From contig OX597828.1 in NCBI GenBank assembly GCA_951406725.2, positions 60,016,001 through 60,080,000 of the forward strand: 64,000 bases of DNA, written 5' to 3'. This document shows positions 14,386 to 29,100 of this stretch, piece after piece (the first letter of the stretch is position 1; the number at the start of each line of letters is the position of its first letter). The translations under genes and the position numbers were made by a program. A model generated the notes under the pieces. That model saw only the letters and a list, made by a program, of their open reading frames with translations, did not search any database and was not told the origin of the DNA. This DNA is from Octopus vulgaris. Its lineage: Eukaryota.

Positions 14386-14798
14386 CCTTCTATATAATAA
14401 AATATATATATATATATATATATATGTATATGTATATATGTATATATATATATATATACATATGTATATGTATATATGTATATATATATATACATATGTA
14501 TATGTATATATGTATATGTATATATGTATATATATATATACATATGTATATGTATATATATATATGTATATATATATATGTATATATATATATATGTATA
14601 TATGTATATGTATATATATGTATATATGTATGTATATGTATATATGTATATATATATATGTATATATATATATGTATATATGTATATATATGTATATATA
14701 TATGTATATATGTATATATATATATATATGTATATATATACATATATACATACCTGATTTTTTCTAATATATAATACCTGTACATCATCTCCAAACCT

Positions 14799-14835
<37 letters not shown>

Positions 14836-14890
14836 TATACATATATATGTATATATATATATATATATATACATATATATACATATATAT

Positions 14891-17435
14891 ATGGAGCGGT
14901 TCAACTTCTCCAGGCACCAACGCCGCCTCAACATCTCCCCGGCTGAGCTCTTGGCTCTTCGTTCCCTCCAACGGCGCGCTGAAATTATCATCAAACCGGC
15001 TGACAAGGGTGGAGCTGTAGTGGTGTGGCGCGCGAACCTCTATAGGGCCGAGGCTTTCCGCCAACTCAATGACACCTCCTTCTATTCCCCTCTGCCCTCT
15101 AACCCCACACGTAGCTACCAACAGACGGTATCCTCTACTGTCCAAGACCTCATCTCGTCCTCCCGTCTCCCCCGCACCGCATCCAACCTAATTGTGCGAA
15201 CCCCACGTACCCCCACCATTTACTTCCTCCCCAAAATCCACAAACCCAACAACCCTGGCCGCCCCATCGTCTCCGCCTGTAACTGCCCCACGGAGCTCAT
15301 CTCTAAATACCTCGACCGTGTCCTTGCCCCCTAGTGGCATCTCTTCCCTCCCACATCCACGATACCAACCATGCTCTCCGGCTTTTCAACTCTTTCTCCT
15401 TTCCTCCCGGCTCCTCCAAAATCCTTTTTACTATGGACATCCAAAGCCTCTATACTGTATGGTCGTTACATTGACGACATTATCGGTGCCACCTCACTCT
15501 CCCGCGAACATCTAGATTCCTTCCTCTCTTTCGTCCAATCTTTCCATCCAGCCCTCCACTTCACTTCCACTATCTCCAACACCTCTGTCTCCTTCCTCGA
15601 CATTTCGGTTAGCATTCTTCACTCCACTCTTACCACCTCCATTCACTACAAACACACAGACTCACACTCATACCTCAACTTCTCTTCCTCCCACCCAGAA
15701 CACACCAAGCTTTCCATCCCCTATTCCCAATTCCTCTGTCTACGTAGGCTCTGTAGTGACGACCATGACTTTGAGACTCAGTCTCAACGTATGGCTCACC
15801 ACTTCACCCTACGTGGATACCCCCTCACCACTATCCACACCGCCCTTGCCAGAGCACGGTCCGTGGACCGTGTATCTGCTCTCTCTCCCCGAACCCGCCC
15901 TGTAGTCTCCCGCCTCCCTTTTCCCCTCACTTACCACCCCACAACCCTACGTCTCCAATGCACCATTCTTCAAGCTTTCCGTCATCTCCAGTCCGACCCG
16001 TCCACTTCACACCTCTTCCCTAACCGACCCCTCCCCTCTTTCAAACGAGCCCACAACCTTCGAGACCTTTTGGTCCATAGCTCCTTCCCTGACCCTACCT
16101 CCCAACCCGGCTCGTTCCCCTGCTCCCGCCCACGTTGCCGCACTTGCCCTTACCTCTCCAACACCACCCGCCTCACTAGCACCCACCATCGACCCTATCC
16201 CATCATCCACTCCTTCACCTGCACCTCCAGCAATATTATCTATTGCATCTCTTGCTCTCTCTGCAATTCCTTGTACATCGGACAAACGGGACGCCGCTTG
16301 GCTGACCGGTTCGCGGAACACCTTCGTGACATCCACCTTGCGAACGACACACCGGTCTCACGCCATTTCTGCTTCACCGGTCACTCCTTGCAACACCTAT
16401 CTGTGTTCGGTTTGTCCTTACACAGAGGCCATCCGGATTCCCGTTTGCGCCATGAACAGGAATTAATCTTCTCTCTTCGCTCTTATAGGCCATTTGGCCT
16501 CAACTCTCCACCCCTCCTCATCAAACCCCCCTCTCCCCCCTCCTCGCCTATCCTTTCCCCCCCGACCCCTACTTCTTCAGTCCTTCATCCTTTCACCCCT
16601 ACTCCCCTTCCCTTCTTCCCTCTTTCTCCCTTCCTCTTCCCCTTCCCTCTGCTCCCTCACTCCCTCTCTCCCCTTCTCTCTCCCCCTCTCCCTCTTTCCT
16701 CCTTCATCCCCCTCCTCCCCCATCCTCTCCTCTTCCCCTCCCCTTCTCTCCCCCCTCTTCTCCCCTCCCCCTCTTCTCCTCACTACACCACATGACTTTA
16801 CACATCACATCACATATGATGTGCCATACTAATACGTACTAATACATACTAGTACATACTAATACATACACCAACCCTATACATACACACGTCCAGACCC
16901 TGCATACGCACTTATACTCTCTCATACACACACACACACACTTATACATACCAATACGTACTAATACATACTAATACATACACCAACCCCATACATACGC
17001 ACGTCCAGACCAATCCTACGCACTAATACTCTCTCATACACACACACACACACACACACACCCTTATACATACTAATACATACACCAACCCTATACATAC
17101 ACACATCCAGACCCCTCCTACGCACTATTAGCTGGTCCCTCAACCCTTTTATCAACCCTATTATCTCCCCTTATTTCGCTCTCGCGTCTCATGTTTGATC
17201 TTTGACCTCTGGCCGAAATCAGATCGCCATGTTGATTCGTTAGCTACTGCACGCATTTTTTTCTCTCCTTCTTTCTGTGTTTTTCTCTCTCTGTGTATCT
17301 TTCTGTTGAAGAGCGTAGGCTCGAAACGTTAAAGACTTGTTTTATTTATATTTCCTGAGCGCCATACTAATACAATTGTTCGTTTGTTTTCCACCTGCCT
17401 TCGTCTTTTGTTTATTTTCATAAAGCTTCCCGTTA
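14891..17435 (+). mobile_element. Penelope-like element (Neptune-type), RT with internal deletion, GIY-YIG endonuclease, 3' terminal repeat
   Basis: [36 protein letters not shown] joined almost directly to YGRYIDD (motif B missing), FLDISV, linker CSRPRCRTC, NIIYCISC...YIGQTGRRLADRFAEH. Confidence 0.92.
17298..17335 (+). ncRNA. Minimal hammerhead-like motif in the Penelope terminal repeat (variant core)
   Basis: UCUUU-CUGUUGA-A-GAGC-GUAG-GCUC-GAAAC-GUU-AAAGA; the core differs from CUGANGA at position 4. Confidence 0.55.
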
Positions 17436-17504
17436 TATATATGTATATATATATATATATCAATATACATATACATATATACATATTTATATTTCCTATG
17501 TATT

Positions 17505-17752
17505 AGTATTTATTAGTACGTATTAGTATGTATTAGTTGGTGTATGTATTAGTATGGCACATCATATATGATGTGATGTGTAAAGTCGTGTGGTGTAGTG
17601 AGGAGAAGAGGGGGAAGAGGAGAGGAGGGGGAGGAGGAGGAAAGAGGGGGAGGGGAGAGAGAAGGGGTGTGAGGGAGCAGAGGGAAGAGGGAAGGAGGGA
17701 GGGAGAAAGAGGGAAGAAGGGAAGGGGAGTAGGGGTGAAAGGATGAAGGACT
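17505..17752 (-). repeat. Inverted partial duplication of the Penelope 3' UTR (16579-16865)
   Basis: gggaaggggagtaggggtgaaaggatgaaggact and atatgatgtgatgtgtaaagtc are reverse complements of sequence in 16579-16830. Confidence 0.8.
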
Positions 17753-17792
17753 ATACATATATATACACATATATATATATACACATATATGT

Positions 17793-17833
<41 letters not shown>

Positions 17834-17857
17834 TATATACACATATATATATATACA

Positions 17858-18876
17858 CATCATCATCATTGTTTAACGTCCGTTCTCCATGCTAGCATGG
17901 GTTGGACGGTTCGACCGGGGATCTGGGAAGCCAGAAGGCTACCCCAGGCTCCAGTCTTATATGGCAATGTTTCTACAGCTGGATGCCCTTCCTAACGCCA
18001 ACCACTCCATGAGTGTAGTGGGTGCCTTTTACGTGCCACCTGTACAGGTGCCAGTCGAGGCGGCGCTGGCATCGGCCATGAGTCGGATACTGCTTTTTAC
18101 GTAGCACCAGTCCAGGGGTCCAGGCTGGTTCAATTTGATTTCGATTTCACTTGCCCCAACATGTCTTCACAAGCAAAGGGGTTGGCATGGGTGCCTGTCG
18201 TCGGATGAGGTTCTATATCGACTTCGCTTGCCTCAACAGGTCTTTGTGTCCAAGGGAGGAAAGGCATGCATAAGTGGGCTGGGCTCACTTGTCCTGCCTG
18301 GTCTTCTCACGTACAGCACATTTCCAAAGGTCTCGGTTGCTGGTCATTTCCTCAGTGAGGCCTAAAGTTCGAAGGTCGTGTTTCACCACCTCGTCCCAGC
18401 CCACTTATGCATGCCTTTCCTCCCTTGGACACAAAGACCTGTTGAGGCAAGCGAAGTCGATATAGAACCTCATCCGATGACAGGCACCCATTCCAACCCC
18501 CTTTGCTTGCGAAGACATGTTGGAGCAATCGAAATCGAATTGAACCAGCCAGGATCCCTGGTCTGGTGGTACGTAAAAAGCACTATCCGACTCGTGGCCG
18601 ATGCCAGCGCTGCCTGGACTTGCTTCTGTGCCGTGGCACGTAAAAAACACCAATCCGACCGTGGCCGTTGCCAGCCTCGCCTGGCACCTGTGCAGGTGGC
18701 ACGTAAAAAGCACCCAGTACACTCACGGAGTGGTTGGTGTTAGGAAGGGCATCCAGCTGTAGAAACATTGCCGGATAAGACTGGAGCCTGGTGCAGCCTT
18801 CTGGCTTCCCAGATCCCCGGTCGAACCGTCCAACCCATGGTAGCATGGAGAACGGACGTTAAACGATGATGATGAT
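17858..18876. mobile_element. Head-to-head pair of RTE 3' ends with tails pointing outward
   Basis: (CAT)n tail + 3' UTR + ORF end on minus (17858-18398) joined to a plus-strand 3' UTR ending ggacgttaaacgatgatgatgat. Confidence 0.85.
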
Positions 18877-18878
18877 CT

Positions 18879-20499
<1,621 letters not shown>

Positions 20500-23146
20500 G
20501 ATTGATTGATTGATTGATTCCAGTTTCAGCTTATGAGCTGTGGCCATGCTGGGGCACCGCCATTTGGTGTTGCTACTTGGTTTCACTTCATGGAGGCTTT
20601 CTAGCAACTGCTATTTGGTGCATGAGAGAGTTCGATGCAGCTGCCCTCATCTGCCCCTCCTGCCGTGAAGTTGGTTCATCTGGGACACCTGACAGGAAGA
20701 GATCCAGCTCCATTTTAAAGCCATCTGCATCCACCCCATGCAGGTCTCTCAGGTTCATCGGGAGGATATTGAAGAGCTGTGGGCCTCGGAAGCCCAGGCT
20801 ATCACAGAATCTTGTCCTACATCTTGATGGTAAGTTTGGAGTCCTAGGCACCACGCAGTGGCGCCCAGTTCTGGCGTTTGCGTAACTCTCGATGCCAAAG
20901 TTCAGGACACTTCCCTCCAGGATCTTCCAGATGTATATTATTGCATATCTTTCCCGCCTACACTCCAGGGAATATAATTTTAATCTCTTGAGTCTTTCCC
21001 AGTAGCTTACATTCTGCATAGAGGCTATCTTCTTCGTGTAGCTTCGTTGGATCGCCTCAAGTTCTGTGATCAACTTGACACTGGATGGTGACCATAGCTG
21101 AGAGCAATAGTCAAAGTGGCTTAGGACAAGTGTCTTCCAGAGGACCATCATGGTTTCTTGTTCTCTTGTTCTAAAGGTTCTAAGAATCCATCCAGCCAGC
21201 CGTCTGCATTTCATTGTCAGTTTAGCAACATGTACATGAAAGGTCGCGTCATCACTCATGTGAATACCCAGGTCACGCACTGATTGTGCCTCTGGGATTG
21301 CAATCCCTCCGGGTCCAGTGTATTCCTTGGGTATTGCATTCAGTTTTGCATGCTGATAGTATAAAGCTTGAAACTTTTCAGCATTGAACTGCATGCTATT
21401 CTTTTCAGCCCACTTGTATATTTCGTCCAGCTCATATTGCAGGTGCTTAGTGTCTTCAGGGTTCTGTATTGCCTGTGAAACTTTTGTATCATCTGCATAA
21501 CTTGTGATCGTGGCTCTCCGCGTGGCTGAGGGCATGTCTGAGAGGGCCATTATGAACAGTAGTGGTCCCAAAACAGTGCCCTGTGGAACACCGCTCACTA
21601 TTTGCGTGCTAATGGAAGTGGCCCCATTGGCTACTACCACCTGACTTCTATTCTTCAGAAAGTCATGAAGCCATTCTCCTAGTTTTCCAACTATGCCAAG
21701 ATCACGCTGTTTGTGACATATCATTCCATGATCGACTTTATCGAAGGCCTTTGCGATGTCGAGATATATGACTTCCACATTTGAGTGGTTGAGCAGTTGT
21801 TTCAGCACCCAGTCATAGTGTTGTTGGAACTGAGTTAAGCAGCTTCTTCCTGGTCGGAAACCATGTTGGGTGTCAGGCAGCAAGTCATTTTCTTCAAGGA
21901 AGGTGATTAGTTTCCTTCTGACTATTCGTTCCATGACCTTGTTGATGTGTGAAGTCAGAGAGATAGGTTTGTAGTTCTTGGCCTCCGCTCTGCTACCTCC
22001 TTTATGAATAGGGCATATTTTACCTTCCTTCAGTTTTCTTGGAAGTTTGCCAGCTGCAAGGAAGCTCTGAAAGAGGAACTGCAGTGGTCTTGCTAAGACT
22101 CTCTTACATACTTTTAGGAGGATTGCCGGGAATCCATCGGGGCCAATAGCTGAGTCTATTTTCATTTCATCTATAGCCTTTATTACATCGTCTTCCTTTA
22201 TATCGATGTAATTTATCGTCGCCGCCTCTGATTCTATATCTGCAGTGGTAAAGAAGTCAGTTGGATTGCTGATTTGGAAATGCCCAAGGGGTGGAGTGAA
22301 AACACTCTTGAATTGTTCATTCAGTATTTCACTTACCCTCATTGGTTTTCCTGTGAGTGTGCCATCCTTTTCAAGGAGTGGCCCTATCCTACAGTGCACC
22401 GTAGCTGTTTCTTTGGCATACCTGTAGAAAGCTCTGGGGTTAGTTTTTATGTTGTCTATAGCCCAGGCTTCTTTGTCTGCTCTTTCCTTCTCATGGGAGA
22501 GTTGCAGACAATTTTCAATTTCCAACAGTTTTATTTTCAGGCGGGACTTTTCACTGCTTTCAATTTGTTTGTTTAGGCGATTTGAGATTTTGGTGCGCCG
22601 TCTCATTAAAATTTTCCTCTCTCTGGGGATTTTGTTCTTGTGTACAGTGGCCTTTCTCTCTGGGACACATTTGTAGCATATGGCTTGCATTACAGACATG
22701 AATTGTTGAAGTATCATGTCGATGTCCGGCGAGGAGAGACATTCAGGCCAGTTTTGTTTGAGGATCTCTTTCTCAATTTGTTTCCAGTTTGCCTTATTGA
22801 AGTTCAAGCTGGAAAGATTCTGAGGGTTTCTTGTAGGCTGCATGTCCGTGCTCTCTTTTGGCCCGTACATGGTCAGCTCTACCATGTTGTGATCCGAGAG
22901 TAGTGTCGGTATCACTTTCACATTATGGATGAGATCCATATTATTTGTGAAGCAGAGATCCAGTGTGTTACCCGCTCTGGTTGGTTGGAGTATTACTTGC
23001 TCCATGCACAGGGTGTTGGTGAGGTTCAGGAGGGACCTCGCCTGTCCTCGTTCACATCTTGTCATTCCTGGGAGAGAAAGGCCCTCGGGCCATCTGACAT
23101 TCGGTAGATTGAAGTCTCCCATGAGAAGTACACTTATGTGTTGTTC

Positions 23147-23147
<1 letters not shown>
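20500..23147 (-). mobile_element. CR1-group LINE copy A, 5'-truncated, remaining ORF2 part open
   Basis: [64 protein letters not shown]; (AATC)n tail at 20500-20518; both ends abut TA arrays. Confidence 0.95.
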
Positions 23148-23625
<478 letters not shown>

Positions 23626-24081
23626 CCGGTTCCGTTTTCCGCAGAGAAAGACGTGATTGCCTTTGCTCTGTGAAAAAGTTTGCATAGAACGGCGAAATAA
23701 CCCACTGTAGTTGCAAAACGTAAAACTCTAAGTCATAGAGATCACTACAACACTTTGGTTAAAAATATTTTAAAAAATATATATATAAATATATACATAT
23801 ACACAGTAATTTTCATTTTCGCCGAAACGCACATGGTGCAAAAATAACTGAATCAAGTTATCTCCTGCAAGAAAGAAAAAGAAGTATCTCTCCTGAAAAA
23901 AATCCCGTAAACCAAGAAAAATAATCCAGACCACATTGTTGGATTAAGTATCAATTTCATCTATTTCATATTTTATTTATTATTCTATTTTATCTTTCAC
24001 TTAGGCCCACATCTTAGTTAAAGTTGCGATCGTCATTTTGTTTGTTTACATTTTCAATATCTGTTCTCGATATAATAATTT

Positions 24082-25175
24082 TCCAGATACTCTATCTTCT
24101 AATTAGCCTTAAGATTAAATTAAATAACGTTTAATATTGATACCGTCAAATTAGCCTTAGGATTAAATTAAATTACGTTTAATATTGTTTAATATTGTTA
24201 ATAATTATTGTTAATTAGCCTTAAGATTAAATTAAATAACATTTAATATTGTTTTAATATTGTTAATAATCTTTCAGATACTCTATCTTCTAATTAGCCT
24301 TAAGATTAAATTAAATAACGTTTAATATTGATACCGTCAAATTAGCCTTAGGATTAAATTAAATAACGTTTAATATTGTTTAATATTGTTAATAATTATT
24401 GTTAATTAGCCTTAAGATTAAATTAAATAACGTTTAATATTGTTTTAATATTTTTAATAATCTTTCAGATACTCTATCTTCTAATTAGCCCTAAGATTAA
24501 ATTAAATAACGTTTAATATTGTTAATAATTATTGTTAATTAGCTTTAGGATTAAATTAAATAACGTTTAATATTGTTTAATATTGTTAATAATTACTGTT
24601 AATTAGCCTTAAGATTAAATTAAATAACGTTTAATATTGTTTAATATTGTTAATAATTATTGTTAATTAGCCTTAGGATTAAATTAAATAACGTTTAATA
24701 TTGTTTAATATTGTTAATAATTATTGTTAATTAGCCTTAAGATTAAATTAAATAACGTTTAATATTGTTAATAATTCTTCAGATACTCTATCTTCTAATT
24801 AGCCTTAAGATTAAATTAAATAACGTTTAATATTACCCACACTCTAATATAATATTTACATTGCTAATATATTTTCAGATACTCTATCTCCTGATTAGCC
24901 TTAAGATTAAATAACGTTTTTATCCACACTCTAATATAATATTAATATTGCTAATATATTTTCAGATACTCTATCTCCTAATTAGCCTTAAGATTAAACA
25001 ACGTTTTTATCCACACTCTAACATAATATTAATATTGCTAATACATTTTCAGATACTCTATCTCCAAATTAGCCTTAAGATTAAATAACGTTTTTACCCA
25101 AATAACGTTTTTACACAAACTTTAATATTGTTAATATTTCTTTTTCAAGTACTCTATCTTCTAATTAGTCTTAAT
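24082..25175 (+). repeat. AT-rich minisatellite upstream of ORF1
   Basis: Repeated modules aattagccttaagattaaattaaataacgtttaatattg and ttcagatactctatcttct, in units of roughly 50-70 bp. Confidence 0.92.
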
Positions 25176-25235
25176 ATCTTCCTGTCTTCTCTCGAACATA
25201 ATTAGATAGATAAACGGATAGACGGATTATCCAGC

Positions 25236-26147
25236 ATGTCCAGAGCATGGAGACGTAACGAGCTGGATTTATTCGTACGAGCATGGGAGTGCGCCGGCGG
25301 AGATAGCCCTAGGGAGGTGATTGCGGCTGCGCTGAAGAGCAGAGGCTACAAGAGGACAGCGGCTCAGATGGAGCGAAAGAGACAGGAATTCGTGCGCTCA
25401 TATGCTCTTGTACGGTCGCACATTGGCGCACTTGATGCCATCTTTGAGAACGAGCGGGGCAAAGATGGCAAGAATGGAGACGATGAAAGAAGTCACCCCC
25501 ACCTGGTGGACGCCCGGGAGGAGGTTTTGAATGAGAAACCTGCCCGGGAAGTGAACCCAGGTGCAAGTTCTCCAACCGGCAGCAAGGGCCATGGAGACGG
25601 AGAACCCGGTGAAGAGGTAGAGGGAGGAAGAAGAACTAAAAGAAGGACTGGAAGAGCTAAAGGAAAAGAAAAAGCTCAAGCAGGACCAAAGAGTGAAACA
25701 ACCAGAAATAGAAGTGGAACCGCAATGGATGGAACCAAACAGCGCACACGGGTGTGTATGTTCTACCTGAGAGGTTCCTGCTGGCATGGAAAGGAAGGTG
25801 CAGGCTGCCGCTTTGCACATCGGGGACCCTGCCACAGAGACACGAGGCAGATGGACAAACCATCAACACAAAGAAAAGGGATGGACCACGCACCACCTGC
25901 CCCAAAGCGGAGGTACGCAGATGTTGTGCGCGTCACAAACAGCCAACATGATGTTGTCGAAAGAGCAGCTGCTGAGCAACAATCTTTTTTGTGCATGGCA
26001 CAAAAGATTGTACAGCAGCTGACCTGGCTTCATCAAACCCAAGCCCGCAGGTGGGACTACCCACTATATACCAGACCACCACAGCAAACAGACACAGGAT
26101 GGACACCGCCGGCAACAACGTACACCTCACCTCGATACTCCTACTGA
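25236..26147 (+). CDS. LINE ORF1 protein (303 aa) with trihelix Myb/SANT-like N-terminus and CCCH zinc finger
   Basis: Intact ORF directly upstream of and overlapping ORF2. W..NELDLFVRAW...IAAALKSRGYKRTAAQMERKRQEFVRSY resembles Myb_DNA-bind_4; CMFYLRGSCWHGKEGAGCRFAH is CCCH. Confidence 0.8.
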   Translation: MSRAWRRNELDLFVRAWECAGGDSPREVIAAALKSRGYKRTAAQMERKRQEFVRSYALVRSHIGALDAIFENERGKDGKNGDDERSHPHLVDAREEVLNEKPAREVNPGASSPTGSKGHGDGEPGEEVEGGRRTKRRTGRAKGKEKAQAGPKSETTRNRSGTAMDGTKQRTRVCMFYLRGSCWHGKEGAGCRFAHRGPCHRDTRQMDKPSTQRKGMDHAPPAPKRRYADVVRVTNSQHDVVERAAAEQQSFLCMAQKIVQQLTWLHQTQARRWDYPLYTRPPQQTDTGWTPPATTYTSPRYSY

Positions 26148-29100
26148 ACATCAGAGGACTGCAAACACTCAGTAACAGGACAAAGATCCCGTTCCTGAGA
26201 GACTTTGTTGCATGCAATCAAGCCATATGCATAGCACTTACAGAAACGCACCTGAAACCGGACATAGCAGATGCGGAGTTACACATACCACAGTATGCTG
26301 TACTACGGACCGACAGGAAAGAAAGGAGTCATGGAGGTGTTGCTATGTACATCCATGAGGACCTCACACCCCAGGTCCTCTTGTCATACTCAAACTCAGT
26401 GTGACACACTAATTGTACATATTAGGCAACTTGATGTAGTTGTGTGTGCTACATATCGCCCTCCAGATGCCCCAAGCCATGTGGGCAAGTTTGAAGACTG
26501 CCTTATAAAAATAGAAGAAATTCTAACCACATTAGAACAACACATAGGTGTGCTTCTTATGGGAGACTTCAATCTGCCCAATGTCAGATGGCCCGAGGGC
26601 CTTTCTCTCCCAGGAATGACAAGATGTGAACGAGGACAGGCGAGGTCCCTCCTGAACCTCACCAACACCCTGTACATGGAGCAGGTAATACTCCAACCAA
26701 CCAGGGCAGGTAACACACTGGATCTCTACTTCACAAATGACATGGATCTCATCCATAATGTGAAAGTGACACCGACACTACTCTCGGATCACAACATGAT
26801 AGAGCTGACCATGTACGGGCCAAAAGAGAGCACGGACATGCAGCCTACAAGAAACCCTCAAAATCTTTCCAGCTTGAACTACCATAAGGCAAACTGGAAA
26901 CAAATTGAGAAAGAGATCCTCAAACAAAACTGGCCTAAATGTCTCTCCTCGCCAGACATCGACGTGAAACTTCAACAATTCATGTCTGTAATGCAAGCCA
27001 TATGCTACAAATGTGTCCCAGAGAGAAAGGCCACTGTACACAAGAACAAAATCCCCAGAGAGAGGAAAATTTTAATGAGACGGCGTACGAAATTTTCAAA
27101 TCGCCTAAACAAACAGATTGAAAGCAGTGAAAAGTCCCGCCTAAAAATAAAACTGTTGGAAATCGAAAAATGTCTGCAACTCTCCCATGAAAAAGAAAGA
27201 GCAGACAAAGAAGCCTGGGCTATAGAAAACATAAAATCTAACCCCAGAGCTTTCTACAGGTATGCCAAAGAAACTGCTACAGTGCACTGTAGAATAGGGC
27301 CACTCCTCGAAAAGGATGGCACACTTACAGGAAAACCAATGAGGGTAAGTGAAATACTGAATGAGCAATTCAAGAGTGTTTTCACTCCACCCCTTGGGCA
27401 TCTCCAAATCACCAATCCAACTGACTTTTTTACCACTGCAGATATAAAATCAGAGGCGGCGACGATAGATTACATCGATATAAAGGAAGACGATGTAACG
27501 AAGGCTATAGATGAAATGAAAACAGACTCAGCTACTGGCCCCGATGGATTCCCGGCAATCCTCCTAAAAGCATGTAAGAGAGTCCTAGCAAGACCACTGC
27601 AGTTCCTCTTTCAGAGCTTCCTTGCAGCTGGCAAACTTCCAGGAAAACTGAAGGAAGGTAAAATATGCCCCATTCATAAAGGAGGTAGCAGAGCGGAAGC
27701 CAAGAACTATAGACCTATCTCTCTGACCTCACACATCAGCAAGGTCATGGAACGAATAGTCAGAAGGAAGCTGATCACCTTCCTTGAAGAGAATGACTTG
27801 CTGCCCGACACCCAACATGGTTTCTGACCAGGGAGAAGCTGTTTAACTCAGCTCCTACAACACTATGACTGGGTGCTGAAACGGCTGCTCAACCACTCAA
27901 ATGTGGAAGTGATATATCTCGACTTTGCAAAGGCCTTTGATAAAGTCGATCATGGAATGATATGTCACAAACTGCGTGATCTCAACATAGTTGGAAAACT
28001 GGGAGAATGGCTTCATGACTTTCTGAAGGATAAAAGTCAGGTGGTAGTAGCCAATGGGGCCACCTCCATTAACACACAAATAGTGAGCGGTGTTCCGCAG
28101 GGCACTGTTCTGGGACCACTACTGTTCATAATGGCCCTCTCAGACATGCCCTCAGCCACGCAGAGAGCCACGATCACAAGTTATGCAGATGATACAAAAG
28201 TTTCACAGGCAATACAGAACCCTGAGGACACTAAACACCTGCAATGTGAGCTGGACGAAATATACAAGTGGGCTGAAAAGAATAGCATGCAGTTCAATGC
28301 TGGAAAGTTTCAAGCTTTATACTATCAGCATGCAAAACTGAATGCAATACCCAATGAATACACTGGACCCGGGGGGATTGCAATCCCAGAGGCACAATCA
28401 GTGCGTGACCTGGGTATTCACATGAGTGATGACGCGACCTTTCATGTACATGTTGCTAAACTGACAATGAAATGTAGACGGCTGGCTGGATGGATTCTTA
28501 GAACCTTTAGAACAAGAGAACAAGAAACCATGATGGTCCTCTGGAAGACACTTGTCCTAAGCCACTTTGACTATTGCTCTCAGCTATGGTCACCATCCAG
28601 TGTCAAGTTGATCACAGAACTTGAGGCGATCCAACGAAGCTACACAAAGAAGATAGCCTCTATGCAGAATGTAAGCTACTGGGAAAGACTCAAGAGATTA
28701 AAATTATATTCCCTGGAGTGTAGGCGGGAAAGATATGCCATAATATACATCTGGAAGATCCTGGAGGGAAGTGTCCTGAACTTTGGCATCGAGAGTTACG
28801 CAAATGCCAGAACTGGGCGCCACTGCAAGTGGTGCCTAGGACTCCAAACCTGCATGCATCAAGATGTCAGGACAAGATTCTGTGATAGCCAGTGGACCTG
28901 GGTATTCACATGAGTGAGGACCTTTCATGTACATGTTGCTAAACTGACAATGAAATGTAGACGGCTGGCTGGATGGATTCTTAGAACCTTTAGAACAAGA
29001 GAACAAGAATCCATGATGGTCCTCGAAGAACCTGAGAGCCACTTTGACTATTGCTCAGCTATGGTCACCATCCAGGTCAAGTTGATCACAGAACTTGAGG

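Larger units (their letters stand above)
10455..14402. repeat. Long inverted repeat: arms 10455-11483 and 13377-14402 (~1.03 kb each), microsatellite-rich spacer of ~1.9 kb
   Basis: Arms are near-exact reverse complements, including complex microsatellite stretches; the ORF track shows mirror-image peptides. Confidence 0.95.

Noticed and set aside
16500-16790. Pro/Ser/Leu-rich extension of the Penelope ORF
   Set aside because: Read-through into a polypyrimidine low-complexity tract.
24082-25175. Possible CRISPR-like array
   Set aside because: No unique spacers, eukaryotic context, no cas genes.
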